This document shows positions 13,521 through 27,978 of a DNA stretch of 56,823 bases, in pieces. The stretch lies in assembly GCA_001938485.1 (NCBI GenBank), contig MQRK01254223.1, positions 76,382-133,204 on the forward strand, in the 5' to 3' direction. The notes under the pieces are model-generated. The model ran no database searches. It was not told where the DNA came from and saw only the letters and a program-made list of their open reading frames with translations. Both the position numbers and the translations under genes were made by a program. Source of the stretch: Girardia tigrina. Taxonomy: Eukaryota. Position 1 is the first letter of the stretch; the number at the start of each line of letters is the position of its first letter.

Positions 13521-15443
13521 AACAATAACTGAACATTGTCATATCTTGCAGTGAACGCTTGTAGACATTTTGATATGTCGTTCTTCTAAAGAATCTGTGC
13601 GACTAAGTAGCAAAACTCTCAGTGGAATCGATTTGATTACTTCACAAAACTTAAGAAAAAATTCAGAAGAGTTAGAAAACACTATACAAACTTCTGGGTG
13701 CATAAAATTGTAAAGATGCATCGAATGCATGGTAAAGTTTCAAAACTCAAAATCCTTTAATTTTAACTTCAAATCCGACATTTGCATTAGCCTCATATAT
13801 TTGGTTTAACCATTCTATTTTGTTTTAATAAATTTTAGCATAATTTATGATTAAAAAAATAATATATAAATAAAATTATATTAAAATGATATTAAATCAT
13901 ATTGTGCCAAATAAAATTATAATAAATAAAACTTTAATAATTATTAAAATGTATTCGAAAGAAATATGTTATTTGACGCTTAATAATGATTTTAAACTAA
14001 TAATTTAAATTATTTAATAAAAAAAATCAAATTTTATAAAGCAAAATGCCTCGTATTTTCGACAGTAAATCCCGATGTAATCCAAGAATAAGGGAGAGAT
14101 ATCTTTCGGATTTATTTGCTGTGGTTAATAAATTATATTTTATATGATTATATTTGGTTCTTGCTTATTATATTATTTATAGGAATGATTTTACACATTA
14201 GTGTTTATTTATTTATTTCGTAATAAACAACAGTAATAATAAAATCATTTTGTAAAAACCATTTTATTAATGAAATTATTTTTATTACCCGATGGGCAGC
14301 TAAAGAGGAATAAAAATTATTTGCCAAATATTTTTTTACATGAACTGACAAAAAATGAAATAGTTCCCTAAAAATATAAATATAAAATGGATAATCTTAA
14401 AATAAAATCATTTTTGTTGTTGACATACAATGTTTTCGAATTCCAGCTTACATGTGTAAAAAACTAAGACAAAATTAAATTAAGACAAAAATTTACAATT
14501 TTACAATATTAAAATTTATTATAAGTATAATTTTATGTTATTTGAATTTAAATTAAAATTTTTATTATATATTTTGTTTTACAACCAATCAGAATTCTGC
14601 AAATTGAGTGCAATTTGTCACAGACGTTCAATTTAGAGTTTTGTGAACGTTTTTTCTTGAGGCAGAATCATGATGTAGATTTTAATCAATTAATAAACGA
14701 ATGTTCAAATAATATTTATTAAAATTTCATTTTGTTAAAAACAATAATATAATTAATTTTTAATTTTTTTTAATTATCGTATTTTGTATATTATTTTTTT
14801 GAAAAAAAAAGTATTATTAAAAAGTTCTCTTTCTTTCAACCGGATAATCAAAATTTATTATAAATAGTAGAATTTATATTTTTCATAGATTTTCTTTGAA
14901 CAAAAAAGAGAATAATCCGAGATTTAATCTTTTAATTAATTCCAGAATAAATTCTCTGTTAATTCCTGAAATAATCTCTGTCTTAATTTCATTAACAATA
15001 GTTTCAAAGAACAAAATTACTAAATTTTCTACAATCATTTTTGTTTGAACTGTATTTTGTCAATAAAATGGTTCTTTTTTGTATTAATATTAAACTATAT
15101 TTTTTACTGATTCTAAAAATAAATTATATTGATTTAATTTTAATAATACTCCCTTTTTATTTATAAATTAAGAAGAAAGAATCTAGATTTACATTAAAAA
15201 CATCAGAACAAGAAACTTTCATATAAGCTTATATTGGTGCTTCAATGTTTTTTAAATACCATATCGCCATATTTTTAGCGTTTATTTACTGAAACATTTA
15301 TCTTTTGATAAATTAAAAAGTAAAAAAAACCAAATACAAAATTTTCGGGAATATTATTGTCGAGTAAATGTATTTTAACATATTCCTACAAACACTTATT
15401 CTTGCAATACATAAAAATACAATACGCTCAGTGTCGAATTAAA

Positions 15444-15812
15444 TACAGTTGAGGCCAGTAGGTAGTCAAAATTTTGGGGCACCAAGACCCCGATCAGAGT
15501 ACCAGACCTATATTGCAATTTGCAAATGTAACCTTCAAGTACTTTCTTAGTGTCTGTAAGTAGTTTAGCCTAAATGTTCGTATAGTGTAATCAAACACTA
15601 ACACCTGCGATTTTCATCGGTGGCGGCGCGCCGAAGCAAAATAATTTACTCATTTAACCATAAACGAATACGATTAATATGTTGATAGTTGAATAGTCAT
15701 CATGAATCATTTGAATTTTTAAATGTTTGTTTTTCTGTACACGTTCGTTGCTAACTTGTTAGTATTGGCCCCTAAGTAATTGCCTACTTTACCTAATGGG
15801 TAAACTGCACTA
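15444..15812. mobile_element. Possible hAT-type non-autonomous element
   Basis: Right end ggcccctaagtaattgcctactttacctaatgggtaaactgcac resembles hAT MITE termini; the left TIR match is weak. Confidence 0.35.
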
Positions 15813-16059
15813 TATATACCATTCAATAATATATTAACGAGTAGTTAGTGAGATTTCCTGGTAAAAATAGAGCTAAGATTATTTTGAGTATTATAACCAA
15901 TTTTTGTGACTTTTGTAAACATATGCATACCATAACAGTTAGGGTTCACTAAAGTTTCCCTAAATATTCAATATATTTAAAGATCTTTTTTATTTGTTCT
16001 GAATAATTAAATTACTTTTATACTGTTCTTATTTTGATTCGATTAAAAAGAGAAAAACA

Positions 16060-16240
16060 ATGACGGCATAGCTAAGAGCAAAATAGGGAATCACTAAAAG
16101 AAGTATTTCAAAGACTGGATTAAGCATTGGCACAGGTATTTTAGAGCAGTTAAGAATACCTGAAGAGACAAAATAAATAATAAATAAAAGGTTTTGCATA
16201 TAATTCAATCAATTCCGGTACTTTTTGAACTGAATCTCGT
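16060..16240 (+). mobile_element. 3' fragment of a mariner
   Basis: Residual ...KEVFQ..WIKHWHRY...GEY-like C-terminus followed by a tcaattccggtactttttgaac TIR-like end. Confidence 0.5.
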
Positions 16241-18097
16241 AATCCTATTCTATTTCAAATGCTTAGTTCATAAGAATTGGTTTATTTCTGTCAAATAAAA
16301 TAGAAAATCGTCTGTTTGGCTGCATTAATCTTCAGGTTTAAAACAACAAAAATGAAATAAATGGTATTATTACAAAGTTATTTTAAGATTAATGTAAGGA
16401 ATATTTTGAATTGTGTTTGGATGTGGTGTGTTTTCGGGTGTGCTGAAATTGGAATTGTGACTCTCCCACCCAGTTGGAAATTGGCCCCTTATTGTATTTA
16501 CAATAACTGATCATTCGAACAAAATTTACATTTTTAAAATTAATTAAAGTTTACTAATTTAAAAATTTAAAAATTTCTAAAATAAGTAATATTTTTCAAC
16601 AATTAAAATAAACATTTTTAATGTTTTCATTAAAGACATTTTACATTTTTAAAAAATTTTAAAATTAGTTTAATTATGTTTATAATTTTATGAAATATGT
16701 TAAAGTTAAAATAATGATTAATTTATTAAATAATTAGGTAATTTCTTCGAATAATCATTATTAAAAATTAAAAAATGAGCACTAATTAGAATAATGACAA
16801 ATGGTGAAAGAACTTCCGGGAGTTGTGATAACTCTAAATGGATACTAATAAATGTTTTCATAGTAATTGTGTCCGGGCTCTTAGCAATTAATAAGTAACG
16901 TCAAAATTAAATTGATTTACAGAATTTACCAAAATAAATATATACTTCAAATTGTTGGATAATGTTTATATAAATCCTAAACTTTACCGCATTTCATGTG
17001 TGATCATAAACAATTAAAAATATCTCTATAGAAAGTTCTCAGAAAGAATTTTAAAAAAAATTAAAAAAAAATACTGTTAAAAAATAAAGGATAAAATATC
17101 TCAAATTAAACAATTCTAAAAATTTATTTATATTTTTTAGTAATTATTGGTAATATCTAATTCGTAATAATATTATTATATTATGTAAGACAATCTATTT
17201 ATTATATTGAATAATTAAATAACCAACACTAACAGATTTAATTGAACTGCCGGCCGAAAGTAAACTAATTTTCCAATTCATCACAGACAAAAAGAGTTTT
17301 ATTATAATAATAATAATTTATTTTTAACAAATTTCTATATACGAAACACAGACGAAATCAGATGAAAGAAACCCGTGAAATTCCAAGTCTTTCAGAAAAT
17401 AAACGAAAAGAAAATCGAAAAGAAACACAGATCAACACCGACGAGAAGACATCGTTTCATCGTTCCAACCAAAAGCTTACATGGCAAGAGTTTTTTGTTA
17501 AAGGTGTTCGATAACTTTCTGGGTTGTGTTTACATTGTTGAAGAAATTCATTCCATATTGCTTGATTGATGAAGAGATTGGGAGAATTGTAAATGATACA
17601 GTGATAATGAGACTGAAATAGGGAAATGATGGAACAATTGAAATAAAAAACAATCATTTTTCGTTTTTTTGTAATTTGATTGGATAGAAAAATTGATAGA
17701 TTTTATTCAATGGAATTTTCTTTCCCTAATTATACATTGCTGCCTTTTAATATTTGATATGATTCGGCTGTTCTATGGCCACTTAATGCTTTTAGAACAA
17801 CCGGTTCTTTTCTCTTCTGAAGTACTTATGCTAATCTTTAATTCATATATTGCTTTCTTCCTGCACGTTAATATAGACGTAAGAGGTTTCAGCTTTAGTT
17901 TCAGTTTGATTCAAATAAAATTTCGGCAGTTTGATCATATTTAATGATGGGAAACTTTTATGTATAAAAAACTTTGCAAGATATTCATTAAATTTAGATG
18001 ATCCTTCGTCATGCGTTGATCTAGGGTTTTACCATAGATTTGGTACTATTTCGTCGTTTGCCGCTCTTCTTACTCTATTGTTACGATATATAACATA

Positions 18098-19147
18098 TAT
18101 GGTGAGCATAAAGTAACATAACAACTTTAAAGTGTTATCGTTTATCAATTGTATAGACATGTATTTTGAATGTTCAAATAGTTTTTTACATTATAGGAAT
18201 TATTTATGCACTAATTTGAATTTAAAACCATGTCGCGTTTATCACTTGAGAACAATTATTACTTGTTCAGCTTTATTATAAAAATGGAATGAGTGGCATT
18301 GCTATTTTGCAAAGGTTTAGAACAATTCAAGAAATTCATAATGAGCATGATGGTTCCTATAGGAATACATTAAGAGTAATGATTAAACAATTTGAATACT
18401 TTGAGACGGTTGAAGAAAAACCCAAGTCAGGTAAACCCTCAATAGAAGTATGAACATGGTTCAGCTTTTCTTAACAGTGGTCTGATGATTTCTATTTTCA
18501 CTTGAATAATGCAGTTAATACGGTTGGTGTTCGTGTGATCTATAGGAATTTCATGAGTAGCCCTTGTGGTCTCCTTGGCTTCATGCGCAAACCTTTTTCT
18601 TTGAAGATCAGGATGTTGAAACTTATACTAACAGATATTTGAAAGTGATTTTTCATTATGCTCTTTCAAAATTAAAAGCAAAGAAGAAATTCTCAATAAC
18701 CAATCTTCAGTAGGATAGAGCCACACCTAATATCTCTTACAAAGCAAATCAACTTTTTCAAAGACAGTTTGGCAATATGCTTGTCAAAAATGTATTTTAC
18801 GTTTCATGGTCTGCCAGAAGTCAAGACCTGAATCCATGTTACTTTTAGGTCTACCGAACACCAATGTTTACAATTGAACTCCAACATCTCTATCTGTACT
18901 TAAACAGAAAATTCAGCAAGTTTTTTAGCAATTCCAAAAGATATGCTCCACTCTGTTGGGAACAACGTTATTTCACGTTTAATTTTGTATATAAATGAAG
19001 GTTTTAGACATTTATTCACCTATTCAACTTAATAAATTCCAAACTTTAATGTGATGTTTTCATGTATTCATAATTGCTAAAACTTGACTTTTCATTTTTT
19101 CAAATGGCATTGAAGTTATTTTTATATGCTAGTTTATGCTAACCTTG
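18098..19147 (+). mobile_element. Tc1/mariner DD41D (rosa-type) element, degenerate
   Basis: Imperfect TIRs tatggtgagcataaagtaacata / tatgctagtttatgctaaccttg with TA flanks. Motifs WSDDFYFHLNNAVN, Q*DRATP and WSARSQDLNPC; 41 residues lie between the second Asp and the third Asp position (now TAC). Confidence 0.85.
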
Positions 19148-21129
19148 TAGGATGACTGGAAAACTGTCTAAATACGCAAATGCTCCTAATTCTTATAGAT
19201 TAAATACCATGCTGAAAAGGGCACAGAACTGTAAAATATTGTAATAGAACAATACTATGAAAGAAACCTTGGGTTGAATGTTAAATAGTAATATTTCATT
19301 TGCTAAATCTTTCTTTTTATTATATATAAATATATAAAAATATATATATATATATAAGAAACATTTTATAAATTTAAAAAAGTTGATTATTTATTTGATA
19401 TGAAACGAAAGTCAAATATTATTTCGAGAAACCACAAAGCGTTCTTTTCATAACTTTATTGTTTAAAATAAGTGAGTATATTAAAATAAGAAAACCAAAA
19501 TAATAATTGAGACAAATAAATTTATATATATTTTTTATAAGATCCTATTTTTATTTATGTTTTCTTTTTTAATCTTCTAAAATATGTCACAACGTCTGTG
19601 GATCTGTATACTTTAAGATAACTTATGTATTCAGTTCAAGTTTAGTTTTCCATGCATTCCAATCTTCCTGTTCAATGGAATTGTGTTACAAAATTTATAC
19701 ATTTCCAAAGAGTTATGAAAAAAGAAGAATTCAAGCATGCCCAGTTTTAAGTACAAAGAATATAAAAGCATTTATAAATGATTGTAAAGATCTTTCGACA
19801 GCATTATGCATCGTCCAAAATAAAAACCAGAAAGTTAGACAAGAATAATATTGAAAGAAAAGCTAATAAGAGACAAAGAAATTAAAATAGCAATTAATAA
19901 ATTATCTTTGTAATGGATTTGTTGTCCTACTAAATCCAATTCTCATCGGTACTCGCTCAATTAACTTATTTACGGAATAAAGATCTTCCAGTATTGAACG
20001 ACCAGGCCTAAAGATTCTGAAAAACCATTTCGTTGGAAAGAAGTTGTTACTTAAGACAAAATATTTATTTCCTTTTTTAATGTCAAATTTTGAATTAAAA
20101 ATTCAAGGAATATTGAGCTCATTGATCAAACGATAAAGACATCATAAATTTATGTAGTATGAATAATTCATAAGAATTAAAAATGTCAACCGACAAGAAT
20201 TTTTTGTGAAGAAAGTTTATTTATTGTTGACTCAAAATTATTAAAACTTGTTGCGGTCAGTTAACTTCATTCTCGCATTCCGATTTCCACAACAATAGTT
20301 TTTCATTCCATCCAACAATATCAAATCCGTATTCCCCGAATTTTCCAATTTAACAATTAAATCTCCTCATTTTATTATTATAATATCCCGACTGAGATTG
20401 AGTGACCCCTATGATAGGATCTACTCGATATATATCTGCTAAGGAATTCCCAAGACAAAACGATTGGTACATTACAAGTTAATAAGTTTTATTTGAAGTT
20501 TTATTCTAATTGTGGTAAATTTCGATTCAACCTATCCTATTCTTTCACTTATTTCGTTTCATAAAAATTCGTAACCCTATATTACATAAAAATAAAATTA
20601 CTCGTTTTATAGAATAAAATAATTTAAGTAATTTTCAATAATACTAATAATAATAATAATGATAATAATAATAAAAATATAATAAAAATATAATAATAAT
20701 AATAATATTACAATAATTATATAATATTATAATATAATAACCATCCTTATAATAAAATAAATAATAAAATAAATAATTATTATTAAAATAATTTAAAATA
20801 TTTCGAAAACCCGAGTGCGTGACTCCTTTGTTTTATTAGAGTAAATGTCAATTAATAATTAGTAGAATTTTAGTTTGGAAAATTTGGTCTTAAGAACAAA
20901 ACGGCAATGACGAAAAATATTGTCATTTTAAAAGTTCAATTTAACATTGTGGTTAAAATATTTTATTATTTTTTTAAAGTTGATTGGTAAATTCAGTCTT
21001 TCTATACAATTTGGTTATTGTCAATTTTATGAAAACCATCGTTTAAAGTTTATTCAATGTTTTACGGACATGTATAATTTAATTTAAACTGACTTTAGTA
21101 CGTAAAACTTTCTATTAGCAAACATGAAT

Positions 21130-21470
21130 GATGTTTACAAAAGAAAATTCATGTTTGGAAATTGATGAAGTTCTATCTTTGTAACATCTTCAGTTATCAA
21201 AAACCTTACAAGATCTACTCGACTTTGAGTCTTCACTAATCCATGTTTTGAGAAGACGATTTGTCTCTTCAATGTACGAGTTTTTACACCTGTGACAAGT
21301 CCATTTGTACACAAGAATAGCTTTCACTAAATCCCCAGATTTGGATTTCACTGTTAGATAATTTTTTTGGATGTACCGACACTACCAATATTTTTATAAA
21401 TATTATTTTTAAATCTTCTGAAACTTTAAAAGGAAGAGCAAAAGGAAAATATTTTTCCGCATTCGGCAAT
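21130..21470 (-). mobile_element. Penelope-like GIY-YIG endonuclease remnant
   Basis: LVYKWTCHRCKNSYIEETNRLLKTWISE matches the pattern VYK.TC..C...YIGET.R.L.TRI.EH. Confidence 0.8.
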
Positions 21471-22038
21471 TATTATTATTTTTATTATTATTTTTATTTT
21501 TATTTATTTTTATTTTTATTTTTATTATTGCCTAATTCATGAACTAATCAATTTTTGACGAATTAACTATCTGATAAATTTTTATTTTAATATGACAATT
21601 TCTGAATTTAAAATGAAAGATGATGTATTTAATATGAAACATTATCAATTTAATATGAAAAATATGCATTTAACAATTTAATATTTAATATATACTAATT
21701 TATGTTATAATTTAATGTATTTAATAATGAAAAAAATATCAATTTCATATGAAAAAATAAATTAAATATGTAAAATATCTTAATTTATTATGCAAAATAC
21801 TTTCCAAATGTAAATTTTTTATTATTAGCTATTAAAAATTCTTCCTTAGTTGCGAGATGAATTGCAAACATTTGTATTTTAAAAGCTTTTTTTCATATTA
21901 AATTGATATTTTTTCATATTAAATGTTAATATCAATTTCATAATTGACTTAAAAAAGTTTCTAAAAAAATTGCCGAGTTCGTAAATTCGGCAAGTCGGTT
22001 ACCTAATTCGTGAATATATGTATACATATGTATACATA

Positions 22039-22082
<44 letters not shown>

Positions 22083-22160
22083 TTTTTTTATATTTTNNNN
22101 NNNNNNNNNNNNNNNNNNNNNNNNNNNNNNNNNNNNNNNNNNNNNNCATATGTATACATA

Positions 22161-22198
<38 letters not shown>

Positions 22199-22349
22199 TT
22201 TTTTTATATTTTAAATTATTTCAGACTTCGTATTTTTGGCATGTATAGTACGATTCTTACATGTCTGTTCAGATTTCATTTATTTTATTTCTACTTTTCT
22301 GTAAAGTAACAAATTTTAATAATGTTAAATATTTTGAAAATAGTTATTG

Positions 22350-22386
<37 letters not shown>

Positions 22387-22929
22387 AACGAGTAATCATA
22401 TTCATTATTAAATGAGATCAAAATTGTTTTGAATTTATCGATTATTCATAAACTTATTCAAATATTTCTTTTGATTTTAATACCAACAAATATTGTGATG
22501 GGTTTTCAAACAATTTCGTTTTTAATTAGTTATAAATTATTTAATCATAATTCTTTTATAAATATTTTTATAGAAAATTCAAAATTTTTACTGAAGTCTG
22601 AATTGAAATTCAAAATATTCAACTATTTATTTGATTAATTTTAAAATATTTTTGAAAGAAAATATAATTTTAATATTATTAATTAACGTATTTATTTATT
22701 CAGAGAGATTATAAATAATATTTATCTAAGTTTTTATATAATTGTAAATTTTTCCAAAAAAAAAGCTCAAATATATTATTTATTTGTTATTTATTTGTTA
22801 TTTAATATATTAATTAAAGAAATAAAGTTCTTTTACTTTACAAAGTGATCGAAAAATGGCAAAAAATAACACTGGATTGGTCTCTCAAACCGTCGAGGTC
22901 AGTAACTTGGTGTAGCTGTATGAGTACTT

Positions 22930-24151
22930 CAAGTGCAAAAGGAATGCAGGTTTTTGATTTTTTGTATTTACTGCAATGTTATACAACTAAAGCATGTATA
23001 ATGTTATGAGTCATTCGAAAGCTTAATTTATACTCTTTCAGACATGTTTGTTTAAACCTTATTATAATGTTTTTGTTAATAATTTTGATTTTAATTGCAG
23101 ATGTCAAAACGTGATTTTCGCAACATTTAATTCTATGAGTTAGAGCTAGGGCGTAATGCAGGTCAAACCGGTCGAAAAATCAACAAAGTTTAGGGCAAAG
23201 GAAGTGTCAACGAATACACTGTGCAGCGCTGGTATCAAAAGTTTCGCTCTGGCAATACCAGTCTGGATGATGAGCCTCATGACAGCCGCCCATCGACGAT
23301 TGACAACGACGAATTGAAGGAGCTGGTGGAAGCTGCTCGAACACTCGCAGAAGAGCTTAATGTTGATCCCTCAACCATCGCTCGTCACTTGAAGCAAATT
23401 GAAAAGTCGAAAAAGCTCGATAAATGAATGTCTCACGAATTGAACGAAAGTCAAATAAATCTTCGTTTTGAGGTGTCTTCCGCCCTTCTTCTGTGCAACC
23501 AGAACACCCAATTTCTCAATCGGACTGTGACGAGTGATAAAACGTGGATTCTTTACGACAATCGACGACGTTCGGCAAAATGGTTGGACCGCGTTGAGGC
23601 TCCTCACAACTTTTCGAAACCGAAACTCCACCAAAAGAAGGTTATGACGACTGTTTGGTGGTCTGCAGTCGGTCTCATCCATCACAGCTTTCTGAATACG
23701 GGTGAAACGATTCCCAGAGAGAGTTTGTACTGCCAACAAATTGACAAGTTGCATCAAGATTTCGGACGTATGTGCCAAAGATTGGTCAATATGAAGGGGT
23801 CAATTCTCTTCCACTACAACGCCGGGCCATACATCGCAAAATCGACCCTAAGAACCCTACAAAAACTCAGCGGGCGTCTCATCCACCGACTATCATTTTT
23901 TCAAGCATCTAAACAATTTTCTCCAGGAAAAATGCTTTAAAAACCAAATGACACCGAAGACGCCTTTAACGCTTTCATCGCATCCATAACTCAAGAGGTT
24001 ACACTAGGAGTATCAATAAACTTGTTTCTCGTTGGAAAAATTTTATTGATTCTGATGGATTTTATTTCGATTAATAAAGTTTAGTCTGTGATGAGTAACA
24101 TTTGTTAAAATTTTAGGTTCAAAAACCTGCATTACTTTTGCAACAACCTAA
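22930..24151 (+). mobile_element. Mariner (cecropia-type DD34D), near full length, inactivated
   Basis: TIR core tgcaaaaggaatgcaggttttt / aaaaacctgcattacttttgca; VTSDKTWILYDNRRRS and KKVMTTVWWS motifs; stops and deletions. Confidence 0.92.
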
Positions 24152-24315
24152 TAACTACTGAAATTCCTAATATTATTAAATTTAAATTTCGAAACTTTAT
24201 TTGGTTACTAAAGAAATCGCTTTTATTAAATAAATATAAATATATAAAATAAAACATTTCTATTTGTGATAAATATTAATTTATGTGTGTTATTCAAGGA
24301 TCAAATGATAATTAC

Positions 24316-24423
24316 CTGCTCATCAGAAATCGGGGGAGTCTGATCGGTCTCAAAGATTGATTGATCGGCTGGGATATTTAATTGATCTGGAGATTCAATA
24401 ACAACTCTCTTTTTATTGATCGC
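24316..24423 (-). CDS. Dys: probable dystrophin hinge-like exon (AINKKRVVIESPDQLNIPADQSIFETDQTPPISDEQ)
   Basis: GC-richer island with atcag acceptor and strong cag|gtaatt donor, phase 0/0, open frame; assigned to this gene by position and phase only. Confidence 0.7.
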
Positions 24424-27400
24424 CTGATTAAACAACAAAACATTTTTATTTACCTTTTAATTGAAAGAAATAAATGTTCTTATTTACATTATTTTTGTTG
24501 AGAACAATTCGAATATATTTTCACATTCATCTCGTCAACAATGATTTATTTCTTTATATTTTCAAAAGCAAAACAAATTTTTATTTTACCTAACTCAAAA
24601 TATTTTATTTGTTATATATTTTTGTTCATTAAAATATTGATATTTTAATATATAAAAATGTTATTGTACATAATTTAACATAAAAAAATGTTATTAGCCA
24701 TAATTTAACACCACCAAAAATTTATTCCTATAACAATTCACATTTCTAAAACAAATTTTCCTGTTAATTTAATTTAATTATCTCGACCCAAATTAATCTA
24801 TTAAATTCTTTTCGATTTAATTTTTAAAACCCTGAAAATTTATTTCGAAAATTTATTTCAAAAAATTATTTAAACTTTATTTTCAAAATCAATTTTTTAA
24901 AATCTCTTATTAAAAATATTTTTATTTATAAATAAATATTTAATATTTTTGTTTTCTTAACATTTTTAATTTTAAGATNNNNNNNNNNNNNNNNNNNNNN
25001 NNNNNNNNNNNNNNNNNNNNNNNNNNNNNNNNNNNNNNNNNNNNNNNNNNNNNNNNNNNNNNNNNNNNNNNNNNNNNNNNNNNNNNNNNNNNNNNNNNNN
25101 NNNNNNNNNNNNNNNNNNNNNNNNNNNNNNNNNNNNNNNNNNNNNNNNNNNNNNNNNNNNNNNNNNNNNNNNNNNNNNNNNNNNNNNNNNNNNNNNNNNN
25201 NNNNNNNNNNNNNNNNNNNNNNNNNNNNNNNNNNNNNNNNNNNNNNNNNNNNNNNNNNNNNNNNNNNNNNNNNNNNNNNNNNNNATAATTTTTAATTTTT
25301 TAAAATATTTAATAAGCAAATTAACATAAAATATTTTACCCTTTAAATTAAAAAAATAATAAACTATTCAGGCGAGATAAAAATTTAAAATTAACCCCTC
25401 ATAGTTATGTTAGTGAATATTCTCGACAAATTTTTACTATTCGTTGTTCATTATTTCGGCCATTTTTTCACAGATAATCCTTTTATATATGACTGTCTCT
25501 CTGTCATTTGATCATCCGTTTTATTTATACTTTATTTATATATCATGTGTTTAAACATACTTTTTTTTAAAAATAAAACCACGATCAAATGTTGAATAGA
25601 TTGCATGAAGAGTGTAAACATTGGCATTGTATTGCCGAGAACTAAAGATTTATAAAACTTTATTAACAGTGTTTTGTGTTCGGAGTGGTTGTGAGTGAGC
25701 GAAGTCCGTTATTTGAAGCCATCGTGAATGAACCGTGATCGGATGCGATATTTGTGTTATCCTCGCGCAAATTTCCCACTCAAATCGTTTTGAGTCGATC
25801 TGTTTACTGAGGCAATTGTTGATGGATGAAAAACGCTCGTATAAATGCCGCTGTTGATTGGCGAACTATCCGATGAGAAATTTATGAAAGAATACCCGTT
25901 ATTTTGACGGATATTCGAGATCAGTGTACCGTTAACGGAATAAATTCCACCCATTAGATTAAAAATTAAAGTTCAGGATTTTCGAAATATTTCTTTACAA
26001 ACATCACAAATAATTCAATTAAATAAAAGTCAATCAATTTAAACAAATAACAATAATTAATTTTTTCATTGTTATTTTCGGTTTCGATATTTTGTGGAAT
26101 ATGTTGAACTTTTAGTATTACGAACTTTTTTTATAAGATTATATGATTTAATTTACAAATGTAATTTTAAATATTGATATAATTTTCGGTCACTACACAG
26201 TGCTTCGATTATTATTATTTCATAAATGTCATCAAAGTTATTAATCAAAATCTAAAAGTCACTTTCACATACCATTCCTAGGAAATCGTTTTCTTATGTA
26301 ATTCAATCAGACAATCTTTAATAAATAATGATCATTGATTTAAGTTGGAGTACAAAGAATATGGAACGCTTCGGCAACTCTAATAAAATACCACTTTGAG
26401 CAATGATTCACTTGGATCGATGAAGAACGTAACAAAATTTTTGAATTAATGTGCATTACATATCGATCTGGTCATTGACACTTTGGTGGATATGTGTCCT
26501 CTGGTGGAGTCGTCATTAAACTATCAATAGTTTTTTGAGAGAAGGTTTTAATTCTATTGAAAGTATCTTTTTATTTTGCAAAACGTGTTAATTTTTATTT
26601 TTTTGGTTTGAAAATAGTGACATTCAGATTTTAATCAGTAAAGTTGATCACAATTATAAAAAAATAATTCCTGAAGCACTATTAATACAGGTTCAAAAAT
26701 CTAGGTTAAACGCGCAAAGTGATTCTTCCGATCATATTTTGACGTAACACATTGTGACTTAATGATCAACTAACTATCTAAACAATAAAAGTTTTTTAAA
26801 ATTCAGAACTAATGATACCACTAACGTGGTAAAACATGTTTTCCAATAAAAATTTAAATTAATGTTTTTATTTTTCTTTGATGTTCGCTTTGTTTTTTTA
26901 ATAATTTATGTCGTTCAAAATTAAAGTCAATTGCGATAAAGATTAATAATACCTCTTCTTTTTTCTTAAGAATTCTATCGCATTTTTCTTTTAGGTCGTC
27001 AAACATCTCCTTCACTAATGCACTGTTTTCATAGTCGGTATACGTCTTCAATTTCTCTGCTCGGTCGGTTATTATGGAGATAATATTTGAATCGAAGTTC
27101 AACAGGTTCTGCATTAATAATAAAGCATTTTATTAGAAAGAGTTCATGTATATAACCTCTTTATTGTCTTCAGGATTCTCTAAAATCTCATCTATTTGCG
27201 ATTCTTTTTCGAAGATTTCTTCGATTAAAGTTTTTGCTGCTGTTAATTTTTCTTCAGCTTCCGATATCTTAGAAACAAACATTAATTAATAATTTATTAT
27301 TTTATCAAAGAATAATTGAAACCTGTTCTAATAAATTATAATATCTTTTTTTCAATCCGTCCAATTGTTGAGAAAATCTCTCAGGAAATTCAATTTCTTT

Positions 27401-27935
27401 CCTTTCTGCGAGAATTTTTCCCAAATCGTAAACATATTTTAAGTCAGCGTCTGATGAGATTAGAGATTCTTTAAATTTCTGAAAGAAGAAATTGGATCAA
27501 GTGAAGAGAGTGAAATATATTATTAAATATAATTATTATTATTTATCGATGAAACTTAATTTTTCTAATAATTATGGAAGTAACAAAAATTTATTTTGTA
27601 TAATATAAATTTATGAGACAACATACCAGGTGTATTTTTAGAGTTTATGAAAAATTATTAATTAAAATATTAAAGAGGATTTTAATTCTATATTTATAGT
27701 AAAACGAAATGTATTGCCAAATGCAGATCTCAGGAAATGACCCCCCTACTTGGATCATTTTCGAATCACGAAGAGAAAACCATAGATCAATTCTTCATGT
27801 AAAATGTACATGGCAGTTAACTAATAAATTTTATTCACATAATTGTAATTTAAATCCTTAAAATCATTTATATTTAAAAATGAATGGTTAGAATTTAATA
27901 AAAAAGGATATATCTATATCCTACTATAAACTTTT

Positions 27936-27978
<43 letters not shown>

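Noticed and set aside
22025-22211. Direct repeat on both sides of an N gap
   Set aside because: Typical unmerged contig overlap at a TA microsatellite.
26340-26780. Possible extra terminal dystrophin exons after 26953
   Set aside because: Short open frames with weak splice signals and no spectrin character; exon 26953-27108 already splices in phase to 24316-24423.
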